From Hemiscyllium ocellatum (taxonomy: Eukaryota), in contig NC_083420.1 in NCBI RefSeq assembly GCF_020745735.1, positions 51,217,931-51,281,930 of the forward strand: a stretch of DNA of 64,000 bases. The letters are read 5' to 3'. This document shows, piece after piece, positions 25,806-38,700 of this stretch. Each line of letters starts with the position of its first letter. The first letter of the stretch is position 1. Both the position numbers and the translations under genes were made by a program. Under the pieces are notes generated by a model. That model made no database searches. It was given only the letters and a program-made list of their open reading frames with translations, and was not told where the DNA came from.

Positions 25806-28363
25806 AATAGATTCCTACATTAATTTGTAATAGTGACAGATTGATAACAATTATGTCAGAATAATCTAAAATGATGAAATAATTTCACTTTGAGACATGG
25901 CTTTTTCCAATATCTAAGTTGTTTTCCTTATCCTCCACTCTCAACCTTTTGCTCCTCCCTGGCCACATTCTTCATTAACTCAAATTGGTGCATTAGCTTT
26001 CACGTCTACTGAAGTAACTGTTTCCTACCTTGCTGCTTTGTCCAGTGACCTAAGTATTGTATTAAGACTTGGGACATTAAAGACTGAGAAGTTGTAGCCT
26101 GGAATCTATCAACTTCAGTTACCTTCAAATTGATCCCTATGGTTGCTGTCTCTTCTTCCGTTAATACTCTTCTCAGTGCCTTCATCATTTTGGCTTCTCC
26201 AACATCTTTCAACCTTGTTTCCTTGTGCTACATCTCAACAATCTTGCAACTCATCCAATAATTACAGCAGTATATGTCTTCATTGAACTTATGTTCAAGA
26301 GTTCTGATTTCACAATTCACATGTGTCTTTTTAAATTTTCATATCCAACTTACTGACTTTCTCTTCCTTGATGTTGCTGTCTGTGCTTTCTGCTTCTTAC
26401 TGCACCAGACTCTCTTCACTCAGTTAATTTATTATCACTCATTAAAGTTTTGTCCACGAGTTTCCTTCTCTGCATCATTTTTGACTTTATCTCTTGCAAG
26501 ATCCCAATATTCTCCCTGTCATAAACTTAAAGTTCTCCTCTGTAAATTTCTTTTTGTTCAGTTTCAGCTTCATTTTACTGTCCTTGTACATTATATCCTT
26601 CTCTTTATTGTCAAGTATTCTGACATACTTTCCTGCATTGAAAGAGCATCATTATAAATGCAAGTTGTTAGTTAAAGGGAAAGGAATGCTTGCATTTTCA
26701 TGAAAACCAAGATTCCTCTCAAAGAGTCATTTGATTGATATCTTTCATTTTCATGGGCAAATCTTACTTTTTTTATTTAAAAAAAACTAATACTATTTTG
26801 CCAGTTAATCAATATTGTATTTGAGCACTGTTTGAGCCATGACTTTACACATTATTGGTATTTATTTTCATATGGTAATACTCTGACAGCAATTAAAGCT
26901 TTATTTTCTCTGTTTCAGCATTCCCCTGCAGATACTAATTTGTTAGATTGGAGAAGCACTCTAGAAATCAAGCCTCATTATTTCCAGTGTTGTCATGAGT
27001 TAAAGATTTTTAAAATAGGCAAAATTACCTGTCTTTTTGACCCAGATTGACAGAAAGTATAGACCACGTTTTGGTTCTTAACAAGAATTACTATTTATGA
27101 CAGCTAAATAGAGTCTAGCTGCAGATAAACAATTGTGAATGGTCAACATGTAACTCTAGTAGTTAAAACTCTAACCTCCTTGTAAAACCCAACCTACACA
27201 TTCATGCAGACAAGTGCATAAAATTAGTGTTATGGGTAGAGGAAAAGACTGGAAAGGCAGTTCAGTGAGTCCTGTCCTTTGGGTTTGTCAGGACTTGCTG
27301 CTCATCAACCTTTCAGAGGTATTTTCACATGCTTGTAAGAGGAATATGGCGACAACTTCACAGTTACAGTTGATTTATTGTTTAAAAGCTACAGCCTACA
27401 GCAAATGTTACGGGGAAATAAACTAGTTTACTTCAGACTTGAAGTACTTTTTAGGTGCAGACAAAAAGATTGCACCTTCTGTTTCAGAGGTTCAATGGCT
27501 ACTGATCAAACATTCACGCCCATAAGCTGTTCAGTTACCTTGTAACCAATCATATATTTAGTGGAAGGTAAAAGCCTTTGTGATTGGCAACTGCCACAAT
27601 TTCACAGATCAGTTAGCTACTTGTTGCTGGCCAAATTTCATTTGTACATATTTCCTGGTTCCAGCTTCTTTGCAACTAACACCCCACACCTGAACGGCTT
27701 CAACGAACAACAATGTTAACAATGAATGTTGGTGACCTGCTTTTTGAAAGTGCAGCAATCCTTTCCACAATCTTTGCATTTTTTTAAACAGTCCTTTCTA
27801 CTTCAACCCACAATTAAAGATACAGAAAAATGAAAAAGATACAGTCTTTTCAGATTTATGTAAGGTATAGTACCAAAGACAACTGTTAACATTCTGACAC
27901 TTCATATAAAATGACATTTACTCATTTGTAAACCTGACAGTAAACTGGCAGGCAGCAAAGGTTAACCAGACAATCCAGGTCTTAATTTCAATCAATGTGC
28001 ATTCATTCTCCAGCAATTATCATTGGGTGGTTATACGATTACAAAGTTTAACTTTGTTTTCCTTCCTTCCTAACAGAAAGGCACTGAGAAAATCTGAGGA
28101 ATCAAGCCCACAAACTCTAATCTGTAGATCTCAGTACCACACCAAGTAATGTTCTTAGCCAATGTTTGGGCAGATCTTTTATGGTCATCAGACAGAATTA
28201 AACTTGAAGTTTATTAGAAACAATTATAATATTCAGAAGTGGTCCATTGTTATTTAGGTCCTCAAATGATAGAAATCAGTATAGGTCTGTGATTTAAACA
28301 TGCGCCCATTGTGCAGATCAAAATACTTTACTCAAGATCTCTGAGAGGTGATGTATTTGAATA

Positions 28364-28590
28364 CAGGTCTTTCTGCTATAATTTGCATTTTGTTAATGGG
28401 AATTTGCTACAAACACAGTTGGCAAATTGGGGATACTGCTTCTGAAGTGCGATCTTTTAAAATGTGTGTTGCTGTAATGCGATTACATCAACAACACTGT
28501 AAGCGCTGTTTCTAAAGAGCGATTTTTCTATAGTGGGGGTGGGGGGGGTTGCACAAGAACACAGCCATTACATTATAGGACAACTACCTG
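28364..28590. mobile_element. Tc1/pogo-type MITE
   Basis: TA-CAGGT...ACCTG-TA with imperfect ~19-bp TIRs (CAGGTCTTTCTGCTATAAT / CAGGTAGTTGTCCTATAAT). Confidence 0.65.
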
Positions 28591-28670
28591 TATGTGCTTC
28601 TTCCTTCATTGTTCCATTTTGTAGTTTGGCACCAAGCATACTTGTTAAGTAACTTGTGATTGTCTTGTAG

Positions 28671-28778
28671 TGCCACTTATCGAGAAGAATCTGCTGGATC
28701 TGAAAGTAAAAGAGGTTCCTCCCTGGACTATACAGAGACTATTATCCCCAATGTCTATTTTTCATGCTATCTGCAGAT
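28671..28778 (+). CDS. ATP5MF: ATP5MF coding exon 2
   Basis: tgtcttgtag acceptor, (V)PLIEKNLLDLKVKEVPPWTIQRLLSPMSIFHAICR, GTAAGT donor; 108 nt; aligns with vertebrate VPxxEKxLxxVKLGELPxW. Confidence 0.88.
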
Positions 28779-28918
28779 GTAAGTGTGATTTAAGAAATCT
28801 AATTCTACACATGAGATCTCAGTGACACATTGAATGTACTGCATGGATTAGAATTTGAGTAAGAGTTCTTTTATCGTAGTAGATGTTCTACTCATTTCTG
28901 CTGTATTCCATCATACAG

Positions 28919-29035
28919 GCCATGATTCTTACTACAAACATTACATCGATGTGAAAAAGGGTGGCCTTGGTGGCATTTCAATGTTCCTGATGGGTTATGT
29001 TGTGATCAGCTACATTTGGGGATTCAGCCACATTA
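28919..29035 (+). CDS. ATP5MF: ATP5MF coding exon 3
   Basis: HDSYYKHYIDVKKGGLGGISMFLMGYVVISYIWGFSHI: YYxxYIxVKKG motif plus the transmembrane helix of subunit f; 117 nt, AG/GTAAG boundaries. Confidence 0.95.
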
Positions 29036-29518
29036 GTAAGTAAATGTGCACAGACTCCTTCGGGCTTGAGATGTTTTTCATTTACTTGTAATTCACTAAA
29101 ATAATGGACCTGCAAATTTTTAAAGTTCCTTCATAGGACATCTCGTCACTGACTGGCCAGCATTGCCCACCTCTTGTTGCCCTTGAGAAGGTGGGGATGA
29201 GCTGCCTTCTGGAACCATTGCAGTCCATATGCTGTAGATATGCCCACAATGCCATTAAGGAGGGAATTCCAGGATGTTGACTCAGCAACATTTAAGGAAC
29301 TGCGATATGTTTCCAAGGCACTGATTGGCTTGGAGGGGAACTTGCAGCTGGGGGTGTTCCATGTCCTTCTAGATGAAATAGTTGTGCTCTCTAAGGATCT
29401 TTTGTGAATTTTTGTAATGCATCTTGTAAATAGTACACACTGCTGCTACTGAGTATCAGTGGTGGAATGACCAAAGTTTTGTGGATATGGTGCCAATCAA
29501 GCTGTCTGTATTGTTCTG

Positions 29519-30620
29519 ATGGGAGACTGGTTAGCAAGGTTAGATCTCACGGAATGCAGAACTGGCTGAAAGGTAGAAGACAGAGGGTGGTGGTGGAGGG
29601 TTGTTTTTCAGACTGGAGGCCTGTGACCAGTGGAGTGCCACAAGGATCGGTGCTGGGTCCTCTACTTGTTGTCATTTACATAAATGATTTGGATGCGAGC
29701 ATAAGAGGTACAGTTAATAAGTTTGCAGATGACACTAAAATTGGAGATGTAGTGGACAGTGAAGAAGGTTACCTCAGATTACAGCAGGATCTTGACCGGA
29801 TGGGCCAATGGGCTGAGAAGTGGCAGATAGAGTTTAATTCAGATAAATGCAAGGTGCTGCAGTTTGGGAAAGCAAATCTTAGCAGGACTTATACACTTAA
29901 TGGTAAGGTCCTAAGGAGATCTTGGAGTGCAGGTTCATAGTCCTTGAAAGTGGAGTCGCAGGTAGATAGGATAGTGAAGAAGGCTTTTGGTATGCTTTCT
30001 CTTATTGGTCAGAGTATTGAGTACAGGAGTTGGGAGGTCATGTTGTGGCTGTACAGGACATTGGTTAGGCCACTATTGGAATACTGCGTGCAATTCTGGT
30101 CTCCTTCCTATCAAAAAGATATTGTGAAACTTGAAAGGGTTGAAAGATTTACAAGGATGTTGCCAGGGTTGGAGGATTTGAGCTATAGGGAGAGGTTGAA
30201 CAGGCTGGGGCTTTTTTCCCTGGAGCCTTGGAGGCTGAGGGGTGACCTTACAGAGGTTTACAAAATTATGAGGGGCATGGATAGGATAAATAGACAAAGT
30301 CTTTTCCCTGGGGTCGGGGAATCTAGAACTAGAGGGCACGGGTTTAGGGTGAAAGGGGAAAGATATAAAAAAGATCTAAGGGGCAACTTTTTCACACAGA
30401 GGGTGGTACGTGTATGGAATGAGCTGTCAGAGGAAGTGGTGGAGGCTGGTACAATTGCAACATTTAAAAGACATTTGGATGGGTATATGAATGGGAAGGG
30501 TTTGGAGGGATATGGGCCGGGTGCTGGCAGGTGGGACTAGATTGGGTTGGGATATCTGGTCAGCATGGACGGGTTGAACCAAAGGGTCTGTTTCCATGCT
30601 GTACATTTCTATGACTCTAA
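29519..30620 (+). mobile_element. HER1/CR1 LINE RT-to-3' fragment
   Basis: GVPQGSVLGP, FADDTK and a 198-aa open C-terminal ORF; TCTATGACTCTA tail. Confidence 0.93.
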
Positions 30621-30775
30621 GTGTTGTTGGAGTTGCTCTCATCTAGGAAAGTGGGCAGTATTTCTTTACGCTCTTGCTTTGTGCCTTGTAGTTGGGCGAC
30701 AGTTTTTCGGGAGTCAGGAAGTGAATTATTTACTGCAAGCCTTGACCTAATCTTGGAACCATTCTATGTGTACAG

Positions 30776-30996
30776 GGAGAAAGTGAGGACTGCAGATGCT
30801 GGAGATCAGAGCTGAAAAATGTGTTGCTGGAAAAGCGCAGCAGACCAGGCAGCATCCAAAGAGTAGGAGAATCGACATTTCGGGCATGAGCCCTTCTTCA
30901 GGATTCCTGAAGAAGGGCTCATGCCCGAAACGTCGATTCTCCTGCTCTTTGGATGCTGCCTGGTCTGCTGCGCTTTTCCAGCAACACATTTTTCAG
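30776..30996. mobile_element. Penelope family B short palindromic insertion
   Basis: ~94-bp arms centred near 30904, a hammerhead core on each strand (30870-30905 minus, 30903-30937 plus); TSD CTATGTG(T/C)ACAG at 30764-30775 and 30997-31008. Confidence 0.88.
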
Positions 30997-32344
30997 CTAT
31001 GTGCACAGTGAGTCCAGTTCAGTTTCTGGTCAGAGGCAACCCAAGAATGTTGATAGTGGGGGATTCAGTGATGATGACACTATCGAATATCAAGGGACGG
31101 TGATTAGATTGTTGCTTGTGGTTGGCATCTATATGGTGCGAACATACTTGCCACCAGTCAGCTCAAACCTGGATATTGTGCGAATCTTGTTGCATTTGGA
31201 CGTGAACTGCTAGAGTATCTCAGGAGTCTGAATGGTGCTGAACGTTGTGCAATCATCAGCAAACATCCCTGCTTCTGACCTCGTGATGAAAGGAAGGTCA
31301 TTAATGAAGCAGTTAGAGATTGTTGGACCTAGAACACTACTCTGATGAACTTCCGCAGATATGTCCTTGAGCTGAGATGACTGACCTCCAAAAACCAGTC
31401 ATCTTCTTCATTCATCAAGTGTCCTTCAGTTACTCATTGCCATTTGGTCAATGGAGGCAACTTTTCTCTAATGCCAGATCTTGGTGTCATGAAACTATGG
31501 TAATATGACATTGTGTAACATTGCATACAGTCCACCAAAATCTTTTACTATAGAAAGTTCCTTAATTGTCATCTTAGTTTTATTTTAGACCTGGGGTTTT
31601 AGTCAATATTCTAAGAAGAAAACCTGCTAATTTTAGATTAATTACTTCCCAGAGATTCAGTCAGAGTATACTTTATTCTCAGAATTTTGAGGATTATATT
31701 TTCTCCCCAGTGTTAATTTTTGAAATCTTATCTAATTACCTCTTTACACAAACGCACATTTTCTTTCGGAGCAGTCTTTGTAAATTCAAGCAAAATGAGT
31801 AAGGTCTCTGTTAAGAATTTATTTTTTAAATTATACATTCAAGAATGTGTTTACCCTGACTAGGCAAGCAGATGTTGCCCACTCCTAATTGCGGACAACC
31901 TTTTACGGATGCCCAAGCAGAGCTCAGAGCTGACGTAGCCCACAATGCCCATATCCTGTAAACATGTTTAAAAAAAACCTGGGAACGGGGTGCTGAATTT
32001 TAAATTGCTAATAGGTTGGGAACATTGGTTTCCAAAAATAGGTAAGAAAGTCATAAGTATGTGCATCACATTAGTTAGTGGCTTTCAAACCCAGCAATTG
32101 TATACTCATATTATTACTGCATCTCTTGACCAATCAGCATGAGTGGGTGTGGTGATTATCCTTATGAATGGATTTCAATTTCAGTATTTAGGGGGATACT
32201 GTAGGTTTACAATTTGCCAGATGATAGAATTAGTAAATTGGGGCATACACATTCAAAGTCGTGATGCCTCTCTGGATATGGAAGCCACATTAGGAGTACT
32301 GTGTACAATTCTGGTGACCCTGCTATAGAAACAATATTATTAAA

Positions 32345-32496
32345 CAAAGTTAAAAATCACCAGGTTATAGTTCAACAGGTTTATTTGGAATTATAAGCTT
32401 TCGGAACAGCGCTACTTCCAAATACACTTGTTGGACTGTAACCTGGTGTTGGTTTTTAACTCTGTCCTCTCCAGTCCCACACTGGAATCTCTACAT
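32345..32496. mobile_element. Penelope family A short degenerate palindromic insertion inside a CR1
   Basis: Inverted CAGGTTATAG..AACAGGTTTA arms; TSD TATTATTAAA at 32335-32344 and 32497-32506. Confidence 0.75.
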
Positions 32497-34279
32497 TATT
32501 ATTAAAGTAGAAAGTGTGCAAAAAAAATTTGCAAGGATGTTACCGAGATTGGAAGGTTTGAATTCGAAGGAAAGGCTGGGTAGGTTAGGACTTTTTTTTC
32601 TGGAGCTTAGGTGGCTGAAGGATGACCTTATAGAGTTTTATAAAATCATGAGAGGCATGGATAAGGTGAATAGCCTCAGTCATTTCCCAGGGTAGGGGAG
32701 TCCAAAACTAGAGGGCATTGGTTTAAGAGGAGAAGGGAAAGATTTAAAAGGGACCTTTTAAATCCTTTCCTACCAGGAAATTGCAGGAATATAGAGGTGA
32801 GGTTAAAATCAGGTCAGCCATGATGTATTGAGTGGTGCTGCAGGCTTAAGGCACCAAGTGGCCTATCCTTGTTCCTTTTTCAAATGACAGTTGCAAAAGA
32901 GGAGGCACTGATCATTAGTGGAGCTTTGGTGCACATCTTTGTTGCAGATGGTGACACAATTAAATATAGATCCTCCAGGGCATACATTAACATGATGCCA
33001 ATCACGAGTGAAATATAATGATCACTTAAAATGTTCTGACCTGGACAATCCTAATTCATATATTTAAATTGCTGCAGGCAATTGTGTCCTGCAGGAGATG
33101 GTGCAGGGAAACAATAATAATTCTTCAGAGGAAGCCACTCCCTCTCTGTGCATAGTTACAGATCTCATGCAAACAGTGCACCAGCTCGGATATTCACAGT
33201 GCTAGAAAAGCACGTAGTTGGATTTTGACACATCATCAGTGAGTAAAAGCAAATTGAAGTGAGAGACAATTGAAGAGAAGACTGTCAAAGGCTTAAGAAT
33301 GCTCCAGCTGCTCCTCAGCTGAAGTTATATGTTGTACTTTTGAGTTCACCAATGAGCTGGAGTGTTATACTGATGAACATTCCAGCTATACTGTGCAGGC
33401 TAGCCATAAGATTGGTGTCACATCACAAACCTTCACAATTATGTCTTCATACATACATAAGAGTTCTCACCTGTTTGCAGAATCAAACTTAACAATGACC
33501 AATTGCACAATATCAATGCCACCTGAAAAAGGATGCATGATACCCTGGCCTTGGGCATTCATCACCCCACAAATCTGCAATAAAGTGTTCTTAACCTTAT
33601 TGCAAGCAGAGAAATGTGAATGCAGAAATATAAGATTGATAGTAATGTGAACATAGAAGTGGGGACTCAGCTCAAAAGCGCCCTCTTCCTACCCATTTCC
33701 TTGCCTTCCCAGTTAGTAACTCAAACACTGCTTTATATCTCAGAAAGGTGATTTGTCTTTGCAAAGGCACTGAAGGAATCCTTAAGGACTCCAAAACCTT
33801 GTGTAGATGTTAATGAAGAGTATCTACATCTACAAACTGGGATCTGAGCAATTTGCCTATTCTCACCACTGTAGCCACTGGTGTGGCATCACGTGGAGGT
33901 GCGTGGAAAATTTAAACAAAGAATTTGAAGTTGCACAAGATTATGTACATTGGTATATTCCATAGTATTAAATTGGAAAGTTTTGTGTTTTAAATTTAAA
34001 CCATTCAAATATTCTTTCTCCTGCAACTTTCCCATCTTCACCATTTTTGATTACTACCTAGCAAGTGATCTTTTGATAAAAAAGCAGAAATTCATAAACA
34101 CAAAGCCACAGGGATCTGTGAAGGAGGTGCATGATTTGTGGTTTGTTGGAATGGAATGCATTTTGCATGTAGATGTCAGATGGCTGGGCTGGTGGAACCC
34201 CAGTGAACCTCACATCATTTAGGTTTTCCAAGTAGTAGGAATAGTCTTCTTCCCTTGTTCTTCCTGTACATCCAACTTC

Positions 34280-34610
34280 ATAGTTGCACAATATTGTGCG
34301 GTGTACAGCATGCCTCAACATTGAAGATCCTGGGTAGTAGGTACTGAAAGGCCTTTCTAGATCTGTCCAAAAATCTGAAGTATATCTTTAGCATGCCAGT
34401 GGCTTGCTGAATGCTGCAACAGGTTGCCATATAGCTTTCCTGAGCCACCATTGATTGGGTTGTTCAGAGTAAGAGAGGTCATTAGTCAAATTTTAGGTGA
34501 GGTTTCTGTGTCTCCACTCAACTAGCATTTAACTCTGTCTTGAGAGATTATAGAGGAAGATTTGCTGCAGCACGAAAAATACATAGCAGCTGCCTGAGAA
34601 TAAAAACATT
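34280..34610 (-). mobile_element. PIF/Harbinger transposase fossil
   Basis: Minus frames give SGD..LMT..NP and IQQATGMLKIYFRFLDRSRKAFQY..ACCTPHNI, resembling the HARBI1-type GDxxY..WLMTP..IExxxGxLKxRFRCL..CCxLHN motifs. Confidence 0.65.
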
Positions 34611-36113
34611 TGGTTTTTATGCAGAGATGTATTCCCTACTCCAAAGGAGAAATTGAACATGAGCCCACCATCTCAGAAGCCCACTGCTCCACTGTCATAT
34701 TACCATGGGAGCAGCATTAATGATGCAGAGTGGGACGTTTTCCCCCCCCTCCCCCAACATCATTTAGTATTAAGATGTAGAGAGCTGCTGGATAATCTGA
34801 ATATCTGGTTCTGCGATCCAAGTTGTGCCAGGATTGAGCGATGGCCCCTGCTGGGACTGCGCCTCGTCCCTGAGGAGAAATTCAAATGTTGTGGAACCTG
34901 GACCTCAGGTAAGTTTAGGATTTTGGATGAGCTCATCTCGCAGACCCCACAGAAGTTGGGAGTGGTGCAAGTAGATTTGGAGGTTACATCTTAGAGGGTG
35001 GAAAATGGATAAAAGATGGGTATGACCTTGGTGGGGAAGGGTGCATCTCATGGGGAAATCCCAAACAGCAAAGAACATGACAGCAACCTGCACAGTGAAA
35101 GCTGACATGCTACCTGTTTTGACTCTACCTTCCCCAACTATTCATAATATAACAACAAATGTGAAAGAGGGCCTTCTGTTGCCATTAGTTGACTATTTAA
35201 TGCTTTGAATGGTTCAAGTGTGGTGGATTGCCCGATGCCTGTCCTACCAACAACAACATTTGAGAGACCCCAGGAACTGGTGAGTAGAAGGGAGATGGAA
35301 AAGCCAAGCATTTTATTTACAAGTCCCCTCTACGCTGCCTTCAAATACACCCGGGTGGCTGGAAAATCATTCAATTGAGAAGATAGAAACATCTAACATT
35401 TATAGCATGGAAGAAGTCTATCAGTGTCTGTGCTGGCTTGAAAAAGAGCTTTCCAGCTTAATCCCACTTTCCAGTTGTCAGTCAGAAACCTTGTGAGTTA
35501 TGGCACTTCAGGTGCATATCCAAGGTTTCTTTTGAATTTTGAATTACCTTGTCGTACAGCGAGTTTCAGAACCCACTTACTCTCTGGGTGAAAAATATTT
35601 CTCAACTCCCCTCTAATCCTTCTCTCACTTATGTCAAATCTAAACCGTTGGTTATTTGGCTTCTCCACTAAGGGTTAGACTTCCCTATTCACTCTGCCTA
35701 AGCTCCTCATAATTCTGTGCACCTAAACTGAATCTCCACTCAAACTCCTGAAACTCAACGAAAACAATCCAGCCAATCCACATTTCCCTCAAATCTAAAT
35801 TTCTCCATTCCTGGAAAAATCATCTCCTTTGTACCCTCTCTAATGGCAATGTATCCTTCCTGTCGTGTAGTACCATCTTACAACACATAGTGCTCTCACT
35901 GCAGTCTAACTGTTTTTTATGCAATTCTAGAATAACTTTCCTTCTCTTTTCTTTGCTATCTAGGAAATTGTAGGTCAGTGAGCCTTACATCAGTATTAGG
36001 GAAATTATTGGAGAAAACTCTTAGGGATAAGATTTATTCGCATTTGGAAAGTCAGGTAAATTGGGTACTATGCACACCTTAACATTTGATGTGACTGCAG
36101 GAATAGTGGTACA

Positions 36114-36405
36114 TTAGATTAGATTCCCTACAGTATGGAAACAGGCTTTTCGGCCCAACAGGTCCACACCAACCCTCTGAAGAGTAACCTACCCAGACCC
36201 ATTCCCCTTCCCCTTCCCAACATGGCCAATCCGCCTGACCTGTGCATCTTTGGACTGTGGAAGAAAGCGAAGCACCCGAAGGAAACCCACATAGACACAA
36301 GGAGAATGTGCTAACTCCACACAGACAGTCGCCCAAGGCTGGAATCAAACGTGGGTCCCTGGTGCTGTGAGGCAGCAGTGCTAACCGTTGAGCCACTATG
36401 CGTGT
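36114..36405 (-). mobile_element. HE1-type SINE
   Basis: tRNA-like head, GTGTGGAGTT..CACATTCTCC core and CR1-like tail ending (AATCT)n. Confidence 0.85.
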
Positions 36406-38381
36406 CCCCCCACCCAATGGTACTTGATTTACAATACACTATCCCTGCATATCATAACACTATTCCTGCTGGTGCTGCTCGTCATCCTCGTCCTCATCAA
36501 AGATCCAATGTAACCAAATTTTAAGCAGGATCCTAGTTGATCTGATAGATTGCAGCTCCAAATTGGAGCTCACACAAAGAAATCTCCAACTTTGCCCAAG
36601 CAGCTTCTCAGCTCGTGTATTTTGTGCAAAGCCTTTTGCACAAACAGGCAGCAAAACAGCTGCAAAATCTTGATACTTGCTGGCATTTTTCTGTGGTGTA
36701 TACCGTTCCCTCAGTTGTTGCTGTGGAAGCAGGAAGCCCAGGAAACATGTACGTCGTTAAATTCCAGAAGCCTTGTTAGTATTGCAGTAATCAAGTGAGT
36801 AATATGTTAAAATTAACAATCCAACTTTCCTGAGGGATTTGCTTGCATACAGCCCTCTGTACTGCAGTTAATTGTGGAATTTGGCAGGTTGCACCTAGCT
36901 TTTGAAACCCTAATTAGATTCCAAGCCCATACATTCTTGCACAAGTAAGACTTATAAAATTTTTGCAGTGAAATCCTTAAAGGTTATGGGCTGCTGGCAA
37001 GTGCTTTTTACAAACTGCATAGCATTTCACAGAACATGGTGCACACAAACAGATAATGTGGCTCAGCTTTTTAACATACCAAGTGGGAATGATCTGAAAT
37101 TCTCTACCTATGAGGACAATGGAAGTAGATGAATAATTTTGATTTGGAATTAGATGGGCTCTGAAGTGAACTAAAACTTTGTGTTACAAGGAGTGGGAGA
37201 ATGGGGCTGATTGGATTGCTTTCGAGAGAGCTGACAGTGGATGTAAATGGGTTGAATGGCCTGCCTCTGCACTGTAATGATTCCATGATTCATCAAATCC
37301 CATCAGTATACTCTTGTTGCTTTGTCTCTCAAGTAGTCATGACCCAGAACTCACTCCCTTTGAGCGAGATGGAAGCAGAGGTGTTGAATGATTTTGAAAT
37401 AAAAATTAGATGTTTTTCTGTTGCACTTCAACTGTTTGTTCACTAAAATGCACATTCAAAATCCTGACCAGCTATTTCAGGTGTCCTATGGCTGTCACAG
37501 GCAGAACTGGGTAAATTGGTATCTTCTGTGTATCAAATGCAAATATCCTCATTAATCTCCTCTGATGAACTTTGTACATTAATTCAAACAAGTTTCATAC
37601 AGTGTATCATATTAACTCAAGCAGAGATTGCATATTTTAACACTTATAAAATCACGGATGTGACTTTATGTGAGTTTTAATTGCTGGCATTTTCCCCAAG
37701 GGAAAGGCTCATGTTTGGATGAATGCCGGTATACAGTGCTGCTTATGTGTAAATGAAATGGAATGTGATTAATTCACACTAGTGCATCAAAACAAATCTT
37801 CCATTACTGGCGAGAGACCTTGTTAATACAATTACACCAATTTACTCATCTTGAATTTTATTCCAAATTTTGATTTACTTTTTGCCTCATTCTTGCGATT
37901 CATTTCTAATTTTCATTCAGTTGGGAATATACTTTTCTCGTTATAACTCAGTTAAATATTAAAAACATTTACAGCCTGGGGTGGATGGGGGGGGGATAAA
38001 AGTGGGATGATCGTATGGGTTAGTGGAGTTTAAGTTTGCAATTGCAATCAATTTAACGGAAGCACATCCAATTTGTTACCAACAAAAAAAATCCTCAGTG
38101 GATCTTTCTGAAGCTGATTAATATTTCAGAGGCTTGATTTTAAATGCGAGATTAGTTCCAGCCTCTAAAATATAATCCTGACAGGATGCAGTATAGCACA
38201 GAGGCAAGGGCAGTGTCATTTCAAAATTCCAAACACAATTAACTGCTTCAGCACGTTGATGTGCAGATAATGTAGCTGTGTTTGGTGTTCCAGAGAGACA
38301 GACTGATAAACATGGTTGCAATCTCCTATTTTAATAGAAATTTGAGGACAGATGCCTAATATATATTCCATTGTATTGTAG

Positions 38382-38410
38382 AGCAGGATCGCTGGAGAAA
38401 GTACCACTAA
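38382..38410 (+). CDS. ATP5MF: ATP5MF last coding exon
   Basis: ttgtag acceptor, then (K)QDRWRKYH-TAA, the characteristic subunit f C-terminus; in phase with exon 3. Confidence 0.92.
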
Positions 38411-38527
38411 ATGACTGCAATAACATTACAGCTCGAAGTAATGATAGAAGCTGACAAACGTCTCTGCTGGACCTGTTGTTATTGAATGGTTACTTTGTTC
38501 ATGCATTTTTTACACCAGTTGGTTATA

Positions 38528-38700
38528 AGTAAAACTCATTGCTTACCCATTTGTTATATTACTCTGTCCTGATTTTTGTGAAAGGACAAATTTGAAAAAT
38601 CTGTTCATTGTTTCTGGAATTAAATGTGATATATTGCTGAATTTGGCTTCTTTAAATGTGTAATTAACAAAGGGATGTAAAACACATTGTTTTTTTTTTC
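38528..38700 (+). terminator. Candidate ATP5MF polyadenylation region
   Basis: Variant signals AGTAAA (38528-38533) and ATTAAA (38619-38624) followed by T-rich tracts; no canonical AATAAA seen nearby. Confidence 0.35.

Noticed and set aside
26000-26660. Purine-rich minus strand resembling coding sequence
   Set aside because: Frequent stops in every frame and no recognisable domain; at most an unidentifiable decayed element.
30776-30996. Palindromes as microRNA genes or DNA-transposon MITEs
   Set aside because: Arms are Penelope pLTR sequence, TSD lengths vary (10-15 bp) and arms are asymmetric, unlike fixed-TIR MITEs; no miRNA evidence.
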